A stretch of DNA of 64,000 nucleotides, taken from Callorhinchus milii (lineage: Eukaryota). Below the pieces are notes generated by a model, which was not told the DNA's origin, made no database searches, and was given only the letters and a program-made list of their open reading frames with translations. The translations under genes and the position numbers were made by a program. Below, piece by piece: positions 1 through 11,692 of the stretch. How positions within the stretch are numbered: the stretch's first letter is position 1; each line of letters starts with the position of its first letter. The DNA is taken from the NCBI RefSeq assembly GCF_018977255.1, contig NW_024704743.1, positions 5,582,001 through 5,646,000 on the forward strand, given 5' to 3'.

Positions 1-1408
1 AAACACCTTTTATTCGTAAGAAAATGTAAGTGACTGGTTTATATTTCTAAAAGTCTTATTTGTAGCTCCGTCCTAGCAGTTCTCTGATAGAAAATACATT
101 GTAAATTCTGGGTTTACTTTGGCACAGTTGTAGACGTGGACAATATGAATCACGGGCTTACTCGAAAGACTTCAAATAAAGATGGCTTTTATCACGAGAA
201 GTGCCCTGAAGCAAACTAAGGCATTCTTGATTTCTTTGATTACAATTACAATCAGGAGACGCTTGCATTCTCTCTGTGCTGCGCGCAGATCTTCCAGATT
301 ACGTAGCTTCATTGGTTGCCACAGCATTTTATATGAGATCATTGGCACAAGGTCTCTTTTCTTCCTGTTTATTCTGTTTGAGATCTCATTAGAGAGGTAG
401 AATTGTGTTCTGATTTCTAGTTTTACATATACTAGTGCTGGATTAAGCGCGTTGAGATGTCTTAGCCATGTGATAAGGTGCTATATCAAATGCAAGGATT
501 ATTACTGTATTATTATTATATATGTATCTGGGCAGTGCTATGTTGTTTACAAGAAGACTTGTAAACCTGTTCTATTGGGGTTAAAAAAATACACCATTCA
601 ATGTGATCATTAGAAATGGTGCAAATTATCATATTATCAGATATTCTCCTCATGACTATGTTCCACTCACTATCTTTTATAGTTGAATTAAACCATTATT
701 TCTCAACCGTCTGAAATGCAGGAATGAATCGGTGAGCACACTATCTATCTCCTGTTTGGCCACAGCTACTGCGCTTTCACAAAGAATAGTGGATGGAAGT
801 TTATCCACTGTCAATTATCGATTGGGACATTACCAGGAGCAGAATGTCCAATGGTGTGATAATTGTCACAACAAATATCGCATTTTACATCAAATTAATC
901 ACATCTACGGGCTGTCGCAAAGCGCTTCACAAGTTCTACTCTAGAATACAGCGACTATTTTGTAAATTCTTACTCTTGGTGTCTATATATTCAAAGTAAC
1001 AAGTGGGGTAGGTTGTGTTCATAATACAGTAAAATGCGCACAAATTTTTTCTTTATAAATTGTATAATCGCCTAAATCATACATGCACCTGAATCTCATT
1101 CAGTTTCCTATCAAAACCACTTAGATTTCTTTGCACGAGTCGTATTTTATGAACAAATCATCTGCTAACTCGTAACCCCGCTTCCCTATCCTCCATTACT
1201 TCCGCTGAATTGAATCGTGGGATGAATTGCCACATGCGCAGAAGAACTTAATTTCCCGTGATTCAATGCGATTCCAAAGCGACAGGTAAAGATGCATTGA
1301 ATCACTGAAAACATAGTCTTGATCCGTAACTCCAAGCGCATTTACCGGCTGCAGTGAATTATGCATGAGCAGTATAGATTATTGATTAAATCTGATTTTA
1401 TACATTGT

Positions 1409-1754
1409 GGAGTCCTGTAGCTCAGTGGTTAGAACACTCGCCTCGCAAGCGAGCGGGACCTGGGTTCAAATCCTGGGCAGGACGAAACACTGGGCAAGTT
1501 TCCTTACTCCACACGCCTCTGTTTTACCAAGCAGTAAGTGGGAACCTGGTTGTTGGTCAAGTGGCGGATTGCTTTTCTGGGGGTAATAATTCCTTCCAAA
1601 GGATTGTTCCTTCCACTGCTGTGCCCAATTGGCTGCCACGTTTCACCCACAAAATATACAGTTAATTCACTTTACTGTATATTCTGTGAAGCGCTTCGAG
1701 ATGCCTTGAAGATGTGATAAGCATTTGCATATCAAATGCAAGGAAGATTATTAT
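1409..1754 (+). mobile_element. tRNA(Ala)-derived SINE, family B (tRNA head, CORE-like middle, L2-type tail), with an internal deletion
   Basis: Pol III A box TAGCTCAGTGG and B box GGTTCAAATCC; anticodon arm CTCGC-CTCGCAA-GCGAG; tail ends CAAATGCAAGG(ATT)n; multiple copies in the window. Confidence 0.9.
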
Positions 1755-2645
1755 CATCTTAATCAATTTGCCTGTGACTCGCGTAAGTCATATTAAATGT
1801 TCTGGCCCTGATTAACATAATTTAGTTTTACTGAGCTGTGTAACGCCAGCTACTTGAGTATATTCATAACAAGGCAAATAAGACACACGATTTATTAGCT
1901 TCTGCCAAAAGTGCAGAGTAACCCCCTTACTATGCTTCACTTTTACTAGAGCCTGATAAGGCTGGCTGCCAGCCAGTCAGCGAAGGATTACACACCAATG
2001 TAACATGCTGGTACATATTCGCATTGAATCTGTCACCTTAGTGAATTATAAAGTTTGTGTTGTTGAATTTGCAACACAGAATTTGAACTAATCTGTTTAA
2101 AGTTAATAAGAAGTGCTATGGTACTTATGTGAACATTACCCGTGTAATTAAAAGTCTAATTACACCCTTTATTACTGTATATCATAATATTGGTACAGAC
2201 ATTATTTTTTGTGCATAAACTCTTCAACTGACTATAATACTTTACCCAATTTATATTCTGCTTTCACACCTCATGGCTGTGGGTTGGACTTTATGTGAAA
2301 ATTGCTGCCACATTTGTGTACAAAAGAGGTCGCTACAGTTAAGAGTAAAACTCTGTAAAGCTCTTTGAGTCATTTTGACATTCAAGGTGTTATAAAATGC
2401 CATTTTTTTAAGTCTTCTCTTAAAACCCTCTTTAAAAACAGCTGATAAGAATGTAAAGTCGTCCATTGATCTCTTGTGGAGTCAGTCTTACATCGTAACA
2501 TAGCAGAGGTTCTGCATCGATTTAAACAACAACAACAACAAGATCACATGCGCTGGACAGAGTACAGCATTTTAATATTTATGTCAGAAAACATTTGTCT
2601 TTTTGAAATCCTTACTCTCTTACTGTTTATCGTAATCTATGACTA

Positions 2646-3070
2646 TAATAATTCTTGCATTTGATATTTAATAATCCATACATTTTGATATGAATAAATA
2701 GATTTTCAGTAATTACTGTTCCGTTTAGTGGCTGTATATTTGCAGGCAAACACACCAGCCAATTTGCACACAGCAGTGTCCCACAAACAGCCAGGTGAAT
2801 GATCAATTTCACTGGAGGATTGTTGGCAAGGACATGGAACAAACTCCCTGGTTCTTTTTGAAAAAATGTTAGTGGGTTCACCTGAACAGGCAGATCAAAC
2901 CTCAGTTTAACATCTCATCTGAAGGACAGCACTTGTCACCATGCAGCACTCCCCCAGCACTGCACTGGAGTGTCAGGCTAGACCATGAGCTCAGCATCCA
3001 CGGTTAAGGTCTTGAACCTGCAGCTTTCTGTCCTGGAGGCTGGACAGCTAATAAATGACCAAAGCTACCA
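2646..3070 (-). mobile_element. Deu-domain tRNA SINE (family A), diverged
   Basis: The reverse complement carries CAGATGAGATGTTAAACTGAGG...CTGCCTGTTCAGGTG and GTTTGTGGGACACTGCTGTGTGCAAATTGGCTG, shared with the copy at 18905. Confidence 0.8.
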
Positions 3071-3269
3071 CTTGCACTAAATTTTTTTAATTGTATTTGC
3101 TGAAAGCAGCTCATTCGTAAAATGAGCTGCATGAAACGATCGCAAACAAGTTAGGCGCTGTATGTGTGAGGTTTTCAAATAATGCAATCCAATTTAGCAG
3201 TTGGTAATGTTGGCTTCAACATTGTCGTAAATTATACTGTATTTTTAGTTGTGTTTGTGACTTCTGTGA

Positions 3270-3480
3270 CCTGCTAAACCCTTATCAACCTGTCCGCTCC
3301 CTCTGCTCAGCAGGGTCTGGTCTGCTCTAGGTCCCCCGCCCAGCCTACCCCACCATTGGCGGTCAGGCCTTCAACCTCTCCGCTCCCACCCTTCGGAACT
3401 CCATCCCACATTCCCTTGGCCTCGCTCCCTCCCTCGCCTCCTTCAAGGCACGTCTCAAAACCCTCCTCTTCGACCGTGCC
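3270..3480 (+). mobile_element. L2 LINE 3' fragment
   Basis: CGCTCCCTCTGCTC...GCCTTCAA...AAAACCCTCCTCTTCGACCGTGCC is similar to the other L2 ORF2 C-terminal ends in the window. Confidence 0.75.
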
Positions 3481-3779
3481 AAGTGGAGAATTTGTTTGGG
3501 TGGCTGGTAGATTCTCTCTTTTAACAATGCATTTCAGAGCGCTCAGAATTTGGCAAGTTCTTAAATAGCCTTTAATTCTGAAGCTGGTGTTCTGTACGTT
3601 CTTTTAAGAACTACATAAAACAGACTTCAAACTTAAAAGTTTCAAGTTCTGGACGACAATCCTTCGATGTTCGTTTGTGAGATATTGTACTCAACTTGAC
3701 TGCTGCATTTGCCTGCACATTTGCGAGTGGGGTTGGGGGGGGGTGGGGGGGTGTTGGTGAGAATGAGGGGGAAGATGAT

Positions 3780-3930
3780 TAAAAGGGTAGTCAAAGAGGT
3801 ACGTTTTCTCGTCCTCAGATTTCTTCTGAATTTATCCCCCTTCAATCGCAGGTCGTGTCCTCTGGTTTCATTATTCTGGACTATTCTGTAGTTTTCCTGA
3901 TACCTATTCTAAATGTACATTTTATTACTT
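3780..3930 (-). mobile_element. CR1 LINE fragment (ORF2 C-terminus)
   Basis: The minus strand reads TRGHDLRLKGDKFRRNLR, typical of the CR1 ORF2 end. Confidence 0.65.
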
Positions 3931-4296
3931 GTCATATGCGTCCTCCAGTTTATCTTTCCTTATTTTAATGTAATAATAATCCTTGCATTTAATTAATCGT
4001 CTGGATTTACCTTATCTATACCATTAACTGTTTTATATATTTCAAAGAGATTCTCCCTGTCAGATTGTAAAGCTTAGGTTTCTCTTATCTTTTTTTATAG
4101 CTTATCCCCGCCCCCTCTCCATCAAGTCCCCCTGACGTGAAAGGCGCTACACAAATATAATTTGTTGTTGTTGTTGTTACTGCCTTGGTGTCTTTTCAAT
4201 AACTTTCTAATAAGAACATGGAGCGAAATTTGTGAACTTTAAATTCTTGTTTCTTTTGATGTTTTTTCTCTGTTTTCCAGGAGATCACTGTTAGGG

Positions 4297-4464
4297 ATGT
4301 TCCCACTATCTGGAAAAAAGATCATCTTTGACAGCTTCCCTGACCCCTCGGACACTTGGGAAATTATTGAAACTATTGGGAAAGGCACGTATGGCAAAGT
4401 CTTCAAAGTAATCAACAAGAAAAATGAAAGCAAAGCTGCAGTTAAAGTTCTTGACCCAATCTAT
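4297..4464 (+). CDS. MYO3A: Myosin IIIA coding exon 1 (kinase subdomains I-II); the exon starts at 4281 with 16 nt of 5'UTR
   Basis: Encodes [56 protein letters not shown], matching the MYO3A N-terminus (GxGxxG loop, AVK catalytic Lys50). Acceptor ttttccag ends at 4280; donor gtgagt starts at 4465; phase 0. Confidence 0.96.
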
Positions 4465-4540
4465 GTGAGTGATATTGGCTTTTGGATTGCACCCCATTCT
4501 GGCATTTTTATATTTTACTTGAAACCTCCAAATGCACAAA

Positions 4541-4970
4541 TAATAATAATAATAATAATCCTTGCATTTGATATAGCGCTTTTCACGTCTTCTAGACGTC
4601 CCAAAGCGCTTCACAGAATATACTGTAAAGTGAATTGACTGTATATTTGTGGGCGAACGCGGTAGCCAATTGCGCACAGCAGTGTCCCACAAACAGTCGT
4701 GGATTGAAAATGACCAATTTATTATTGTTTTGTTGATGAATGAAATGAATCTACTCAAAGTATATGTAGCAGTCATGGCACTGTTTGAAAAGGGAAGGGA
4801 GTTTCTCTCTCCTGATGCCAAGAATCTCCCAGATAAAATTGGTCACTCATGTCATGGGTGTTTGTGGGATATTGCTGTGTGCCAATCGGCTGCCTCATTT
4901 CCCTACAAATGCAGTCACTGCCCCTTACATTATTATCCTGTGAAGTGCTTTGAGATGTCCTCCACAAGGC
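4541..4970. mobile_element. Family B SINE tail (minus strand, ~4541-4725) next to a family A SINE 3' half (plus strand, ~4755-4970)
   Basis: (AAT)n-CCTTGCATTTGATATAGCGC is the reversed tail; it is followed by CATGGCACTGTTTGAAAAGGG...GTTTGTGGGATATTGCTGTGTG. Confidence 0.8.
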
Positions 4971-6499
4971 ACTAATGGAATCATTAGTTCTTCTTATTAT
5001 GCTTATCTTCTGAGCAACCAGTTGAATAATATCGGGTAGAAAACTTGTTTTCTTCTTGAAGCTATATTTAGGTCCCATCCATCTTTGCAACTCCTGTTGC
5101 ATCATGTTTCAACCGAGATAAGTTTATGCAGAGAGGCTATTGATGCTGTGGCTTTCATTAATGCTGACGGCTGCTGTGACTCTTTCAGTCTATTACAAAG
5201 AAAGCGTTATATCACAAACAATGGAAACTTTAGACATTTCACCACTAATGTTGCCATGCATTTTACGGCATAAAAATCGATATGACAATATTGAAGTGAT
5301 ATTTTGTATTCAATGCTTATGTTAGTGATGAAATACAGTAACAATACAGTATTTTAACTTTACTTTAAATATTAGGATCTGACAAAAAAACAATTGCTGC
5401 AATATCACAATGGCCCTTTTGAACTGAGCTGACTGTCAAAAGTAGGTCATATTCTAGTTGAGCTGATTTAAGCGGTCGCTATCTACTTTTCCCCAGCGCA
5501 GTGTACATGCGTGTAAACGGCCTGCATGACAGACACACTTTGTGCTTTTGAATCAGCCGGTTTGTAGTCGATGAATATAATTGACTTCGGTTTTATTGAG
5601 CGGTGCAGCAAAGCCACAAAGGGTATAAAAGGAAACTGTGCCAAGACGCAACATTAGATAAGGGTCTGAACTGGTAAGTTTGGTCTGGTGCTAATTCCAT
5701 TAGATCTGCCAACTTTGACCCAATACACCGAGTCTCTCACATCCATGTATCGGATTAAAAGTTAAACAGCAAAACTGAATCAACATTATCCCCATCCCCT
5801 CAGCCCTGACCCTCAGCTCTGATGCAAATCCTGGACTACCCAGCACATTGGGATGTCCTCCTAACGTGAAAGGTACTTCAAAATGTAAATTTGTATTACA
5901 ATACAATACTACATTTGTATAGCGCCTTTCACCTATTTCATTATTCATGTACTACAGAAGCACTGCTTAATGTGATAATGAGCTACATAGACCTAGAATT
6001 CCCTCTGGTCTGTGCTGGGTTAGCAAATCTCAATCATAACAACAGTGACGGTGCTATGACTGACCTTATTATCACTAGGTTGGGGAAGAGGGGGAATCAT
6101 TCACTCCTAACATTGTTTCCTGGAGAAAAGTGAGTGTAATTGTTTGGTTGAAGAGAGGATTAAGCTGATGCAACCTAATGGAAAATAGCCTGCGAACACT
6201 TACTGTAAAAACTCTCAAGTGAAGCATGTTCATTGTGTGAGATACCAGAGAGCTCCTAGCACCCGTGAAATCAAACGCCTGCCATGAAAAGTGGGAATAA
6301 ACACAGCCCCACAAATACCACAGACATCCACTACTTTCGATATTTTAAACTTTCCGTAATTGTTTTCGATAAATAAACCTATCGTTAGGGAATTCTTTCA
6401 AGCCAAAAACCCTAACGGATAGCGCGATCCTAGCTGGCAAACCCCTCTCAATGGGAAACTAGGCAATTTTAAGTGGCTTAAACTCCAGCTGTTAACCCC

Positions 6500-6728
6500 C
6501 AGTGCACACTCAGGGTCTCCAAACCTTGGCTCTTGCCAACCTGCAGCTAACACTCTCCAGAATTAAGGAACAAGGATGAGTCCCTCTGGGGAGAGAATGT
6601 GCACTCCATTGCAGACCTGGGAATTTATATATGTAGGTGGCATATATATGTGGAACTCTCGGTCTGGATACTCTTAAGTATGGTGAAGGATTCCCATGTG
6701 TCAGACACCCAGCTGACCAAAAACAAAA
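6500..6728 (+). repeat. Unclassified interspersed repeat (family X)
   Basis: CTTGGCTCTTGCCAACCTGC...ATGTGGAACT recurs at ~17247, and in reverse at ~8187-8305 and ~63730-63875. Confidence 0.75.
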
Positions 6729-6914
6729 GTGACGCGTGCTCGACTGGGAGCTCGGGGTACAAGGCACAAAGAGTCTCAACTGTTTGATTTGTTTGATTGA
6801 ACATTGGGTGAAGTTGTGCAAAGTTCATCCCATCTAAGGTGCTGTAATACTTGCCAGAGCTGCCGCTGAGAATCTTACACCCATTGTATTGTTTCTCTTT
6901 TCCCTTGGTGTTAG

Positions 6915-7049
6915 GATATTGATGAAGAAATTGAGGCTGAATACAACATCCTCCAGGCTCTATCGGATCATGAGAATGTTGTCAAGTTCTACGGAATGTA
7001 CTTCAAGAAGGATGTAAAGAACGGAGATCAGCTCTGGCTTGTGCTGGAG
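6915..7049 (+). CDS. MYO3A: Myosin IIIA coding exon 2 (135 nt; absent from the ORF track)
   Basis: Encodes [45 protein letters not shown]. Acceptor ttag at 6911-6914, donor gt at 7050; phase 0/0. Confidence 0.96.
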
Positions 7050-7404
7050 GTAGAGTATTATTTATTATATCTGCAAAGCTCCTACTTTTGCAACCCACCA
7101 GTTTGTGCAATGATAAGGAAGATATTCAGGAAAAATTGGGGGAAAATTTGTTGTGTTCCTTGAAGTGTTCTCTATCCTATTTAAGGAATATGAGCAGGTG
7201 GCATCCCTCTCCGGTTTGTTCCTTTCTGGGTTTGAACACTTTTTTTGATTAACAATGTTTTCCGAATATTGATCTGCCAAAATAGGTCTGAAATCTAAAT
7301 CAGAAAAGTTAACTTTTGACAATCAGTACAGGAGTTTCAAGTTTTCCTGTTCCTTGTATATATTAATGATGTGGATTCACAGACCCAGTGTAATGTATTT
7401 ACAT

Positions 7405-7860
7405 TTTCAGATGGCAACAAGTTGAGGGGACCTATGGAATCAGAGAAGGGAATAAATAGGTATATAACATTTTAAATGGATTGAAAAAGGAAATCTAGAA
7501 CAATACTGTCAGATGCACCAAGACAGTAGAATGAGAGGAAATGGGTTTAGTTTTGCAAAGGGCAATTTCAGGACAAATACCAGGAAGTATTTCTTTACCC
7601 AGAAGGTAATTAATGACTGGCACAGGTTACTAGGAAACCCAGGACCCTGGGCTCATTATAACTTGATGTTGTGATCGGAAGACAATAGGGTGAGTATTGT
7701 GGTTAAATGAAATAGGCTGAAGGGCCTTCTTCATCTGAACAACAACAACAACTAGCATTTATATAGCGCACTCCACCCAGGGTAGCATCTTAGAGCGATT
7801 AACTGTGAGGGAGCCTGACTCCTAGCCGGGGGGAAGGGGGAGGTGACTATAAGCACCTCC
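7405..7860. mobile_element. CR1 3' fragment (plus strand, ~7405-7740) followed by an L2 3' tip (minus strand, ~7741-7860)
   Basis: CR1-like TTTCTTTACCCAGAAGGTAATTAATGACTGG and AGGGCCTTCTTCATC; then (AAC)n-TAGCATTTATATAGCGC. Confidence 0.7.
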
Positions 7861-8186
7861 CCCGGCTTGGAGGCCCTCTGGTGATCTTGTGTAAGTGGAT
7901 GAGAAAATTACGGGGATAAGAAATTCCACAATGTTGAGATCTGGCCATTGGACTGGCTTGAATTTGGATCGCAACAGAGTCAAGACACAGGGGCAAGTGT
8001 ATGTGGGATGATATATTTTATTGAATAGGACAGCTTCGGTGGAAATAAGTCATAGAATCAATACAGATACTTACAAACGGTGAATAAATTATTAAAATAT
8101 AAAAGCAGAATTCTTTTCACCACTTTGTTTATAAATATAAAATCAAATGCAAGAATTATTAATATGATCATCATTATTGTTTTTAA

Positions 8187-8305
8187 CATATGTGTGCCAT
8201 TCTACATATATAAATTTCCAGGTCTGGAAAGGAATGCAAACTCTCTCCCCGGAGGAACGCATCCTGGTTCCTTAATTCCAGAGAGTTTTACCTGCAGGTT
8301 GGAAG
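8187..8305 (-). repeat. Unclassified repeat family X, inverted relative to the copy at 6500
   Basis: CTACATATATAAATTTCCAGGTCTG...CCTTAATTCCAGAGAG...CTGCAGGTTGG is the reverse complement of ~6535-6650. Confidence 0.75.
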
Positions 8306-9087
8306 CATTATTATTATTAATAATAATCCTTGCATTTGATGTAAATTGTTATTCTTATTATGAACAATATCACATGTGGCATACAGCAGGATGTAAATGT
8401 GGTGTTGCACCAGCATTCTGAGTGGAAGAAAACATTCCTTGTGGTTGTTTCACAACAACAACTTGCATTTATATAATGTCCTTCATGTGGGGTACCATCT
8501 CGGAGCACTGAACAATGGCATAGCTTGACACTGAGCAAGGGAGAAAGGGGAGGTGACCGTAAACACAGTTGAAGAGGAAAGTCTTCAGGTGCGATCTTTA
8601 GACCATAACAGTTTTGAGTCAGTGGCTATAAATGTTCTGCTTGGAAACAAGAAAGCTTCAGAAATATAAATGCACCGGCGGATGGGTGGGTGGTTTATCA
8701 AAGGTGATGTTTGCTTGTTAATAATGAACATCCCGTTTTAGTGATTATTGTAATCCCGGAGGCTTGGTTTCCATGTCAGACAGCAAAATGTTACATCACT
8801 GCAAATTACTCCTTGAGTGTTTCGCCAGAAGTAGATAATTAATATGTCAGAAATTGTAGAATAGAAAAGGAAACAGTGGAAACTGGTACCATTAAACCCA
8901 CCGACCTGCTTCTCTTTTGTTCCTTGTTTAACCATATCTGCCCAACTGATACCTTTATAAGTCATAATAATATAATTATACGTTTTCAGCAGCAGATCTT
9001 TCTGCAACTCTTCATTCTCTAATTATCTTATCAATTTCTCTTTGTGATTTGCCTTAGTTAATTATGAAAGTATTTCTTTCAAAAGCT

Positions 9088-9462
9088 TAATAATAATATT
9101 ATCCTTGCATTTGATATAGCGCCTTATCATGTCTTCGAGACATCTCACAGAGTTTCACAGAATGTACTGTATAGTGAATTGAGTGTATATTTTGTGGTCG
9201 AAATGTGGCAGCCAATTGCACACAGCAGTGTCCTGCAAACAGTCGTGGATTGAGTGACCAATTTATTACTTTTTTTTGGAAGGAATTATTATCCCCGGAA
9301 AAGTGATCCGCCAATCAACTAACAACCGGGTTCCTACTTACTGCTAGGTAAACAAAGGTGTGTGGAATAAGGAAACTTCCCCAACATTTCGCCCTGCCAG
9401 GAATCAGACCCAGTTCTCTCGCTTGCGAGGAGAGTGCTTTAACTACTAAGCTGTAGGACTCC
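9088..9462 (-). mobile_element. Full-length family B tRNA SINE
   Basis: Reverse complement of head, body and tail; flanked by a diverged direct repeat ATTATGAA...AAAAGCT that is a probable target-site duplication (TSD). Confidence 0.9.
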
Positions 9463-9989
9463 ATTATGAAGCATTGTTATTAAAAGCTCCAATACATAAT
9501 AACCCTAAAATAGTCATGAGTCATTAGCAAATTGCTCTCAGACAGAGTTTGGAGGCACAAAGAGAGTGACTCACCTATTTCTTTGTGAAGCAAAGCTTTT
9601 GCAGCATCTCTACAATCTCTCCATAATTGACATTGTGACTTAACTGGTGTTCACAGTAAGGGTTAAATAACAAATTCTTTTGTGTGTTTTCAAAGAAATA
9701 TTTTCTATTTAAGAAAAGCAACTTTTAGCACTTGTCCAAGCACTTCTTTGTTGAGATGTAATTTATAAAATGATGAAAGCTCAAGCATCCAATGTTTATA
9801 AACATCTTTCTCCTTTTTTGAGATAACCGCTTGACATTCTTGAGGACTATTTTTTGAAAATAGCAGCCTTTTTGCAGGAAACTGAAATGATGAGCAGAGG
9901 TTTTACTTCTGCACAGCATCCAACGATGACTTGCTCACAGGCATTTCAATTTGCTTGCATTTGTATAGTCCAGGCTGTCACTTCAATGC

Positions 9990-10300
9990 AGCCTTAGGGA
10001 TGTGGTGTATTGTTGGAGCTGTCATCCTTCAGATGAAATGCTAAAACTAAGGGCCTGTCTGCCTGTTCAGGTGGATGTTAACGATCCCATGGCACTGTTC
10101 AAAAAGAGAAGAGAGTTTCTCCCAGTGTCCGAGCCAATAACCCCCCAAATAAAATCAATCACTCACTCCATGGCTATTCGTAGGAGATTGCTGTACACAA
10201 ATTGGCTAACTCAAAGGCTACAAAATACACAATCACTATACTTTACAGTAAAATCCTATGAAGGGCTTTGAGATCTTTACCATCCATGGAAACAGATAGA
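9990..10300 (+). mobile_element. Family A Deu-SINE, 5'-truncated
   Basis: CAGATGAAATGCTAAAACTAAGGGCCTGTCTGCCTGTTCAGGTGGATGTTAACGATCCCATGGCACTG is a Deu-domain motif. Confidence 0.8.
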
Positions 10301-10305
10301 CGGGA

Positions 10306-10675
10306 CAACAACAACAATAACAACAACTTGGATTTATATAGCGCCCTCCACACTGGACGGCTTCTCAGAGCGCTTCCCAGTAACGGATCCCGGGACCGAG
10401 CCGGGGGGAGGGGGAGGAAGGTGACCAAAGGCGCAGTCGAAAAGAAAGGTCTTCAGCAGAGACCTGAAAATAGGAAGAGAGGGAGCGAGGCAAAGGGAGT
10501 GAGGAAGGCAGTTCCAGAGCCTCGGGGCATAGTGTCTGAAGACACGGCCGCCGAGGGTGGAGCGGAGAACTCGGGGAACAAGGAGGAGGCCAGACCCGGA
10601 GGAATGAAGGCAACGGGCACTGTTTTGAGGAGAGAGGAGGTCAGAGAGGTAGGGGGTGTGCAGAGGAGTGGAGGG
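10306..10675 (-). mobile_element. Young L2 LINE 3' end with a (GTT)n tail
   Basis: The minus-strand ORF (...FRHYAPRLWNCLPHSL...FRSLLKTFLF) is an L2 ORF2 C-terminus; highly similar to the copies at 26447 and 40530. Confidence 0.9.
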
Positions 10676-11338
10676 CCTCAATTCAACATCTCATTTAAAG
10701 GACAGTACATCCAACAACGCAGTATTGGAGTGTAAACCCAGACTGTGAGTTTAAATTTCCAACATGGGGCTTGAACACCTAACCATTTGACTTACAGGCG
10801 AAAGTGCTCAATATAATATTGCACTAAATATAATATTCTCCCCCCAATCGTTTTCCAATCAATTTCAGGTAATTACAGGGAATAAATGGTACGCCCTAGC
10901 TGGTCACAATCCAATATTTAGATGTTGAGCCCCGATATCATCTTTTATTAACAAAACCCATTTAAAAGATTTACAAGGAATGTATGCACAGAAACAGGTC
11001 ACATGAGTCTCCACCCACTCCGTAATCCCTCCCATACCCTTACATTCCCCTTTCCCTCATGTTTCCTCTGAAATGCATCTATACTATTTGATTCAACTAC
11101 CACTTTGGGTAGTGAGTTCCACAATCTCACAACTCTCTGCGTGAGGCAGTTACTTCTAATTTCTTCTGATATTATTTTCTACCTTCCCCACTTCACACAA
11201 TATTCCTGATAATTGATGGCGTGCAGTGACCTAATGCCCACAATCCACTTCATCTTAGCTCGTGAGGCAATTTTGCCTTAAAGTTGAAGTTCACAAACTC
11301 TCAGCAGTGATCAGAGGAATGGAGTCCATCTACAATGT

Positions 11339-11692
11339 GGAGTACTGTACCTTGATGGTTAGAGTACTTGACTTGCAAGCGAGAGGACCTGGGTTCAATT
11401 CCCAGCAGCGCGGAACATTGGGCAAGTTTCCTTACTTCACAAGCCTCCGTTTACCCAGCAGTAAGTAGGGACCCGGTTGTTAGTCGATTGGCGGATCCCT
11501 TTCCCTTAAAAAAACAATAATTATTTGGTCACTTAATCCATGACTGTTTGTGGCACACAGCTGTGCGCAATTGGCTACCGCATTTCGCCCATAAAACATA
11601 CAGTCAATTCATTTTACAGTTTAATCTGTGAAGCGTTTTGAAACGTCTAGAAGATGTGATAAGGCACTGGATCAAATGCAAGGATTATTATT
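11339..11692 (+). mobile_element. Full-length family B tRNA SINE
   Basis: tRNA-like head, TTGGGCAAGTTTCCTTAC body and CAAATGCAAGGATTATT tail. Confidence 0.9.

Noticed and set aside
1409..1485. tRNA-Ala-like cloverleaf (also at 18462, 21818, and reversed near 9462 and 52155)
   Set aside because: Each copy continues into the same SINE body and tail, the acceptor stem is imperfect and the copies diverge. These are SINE heads, not tRNA genes.
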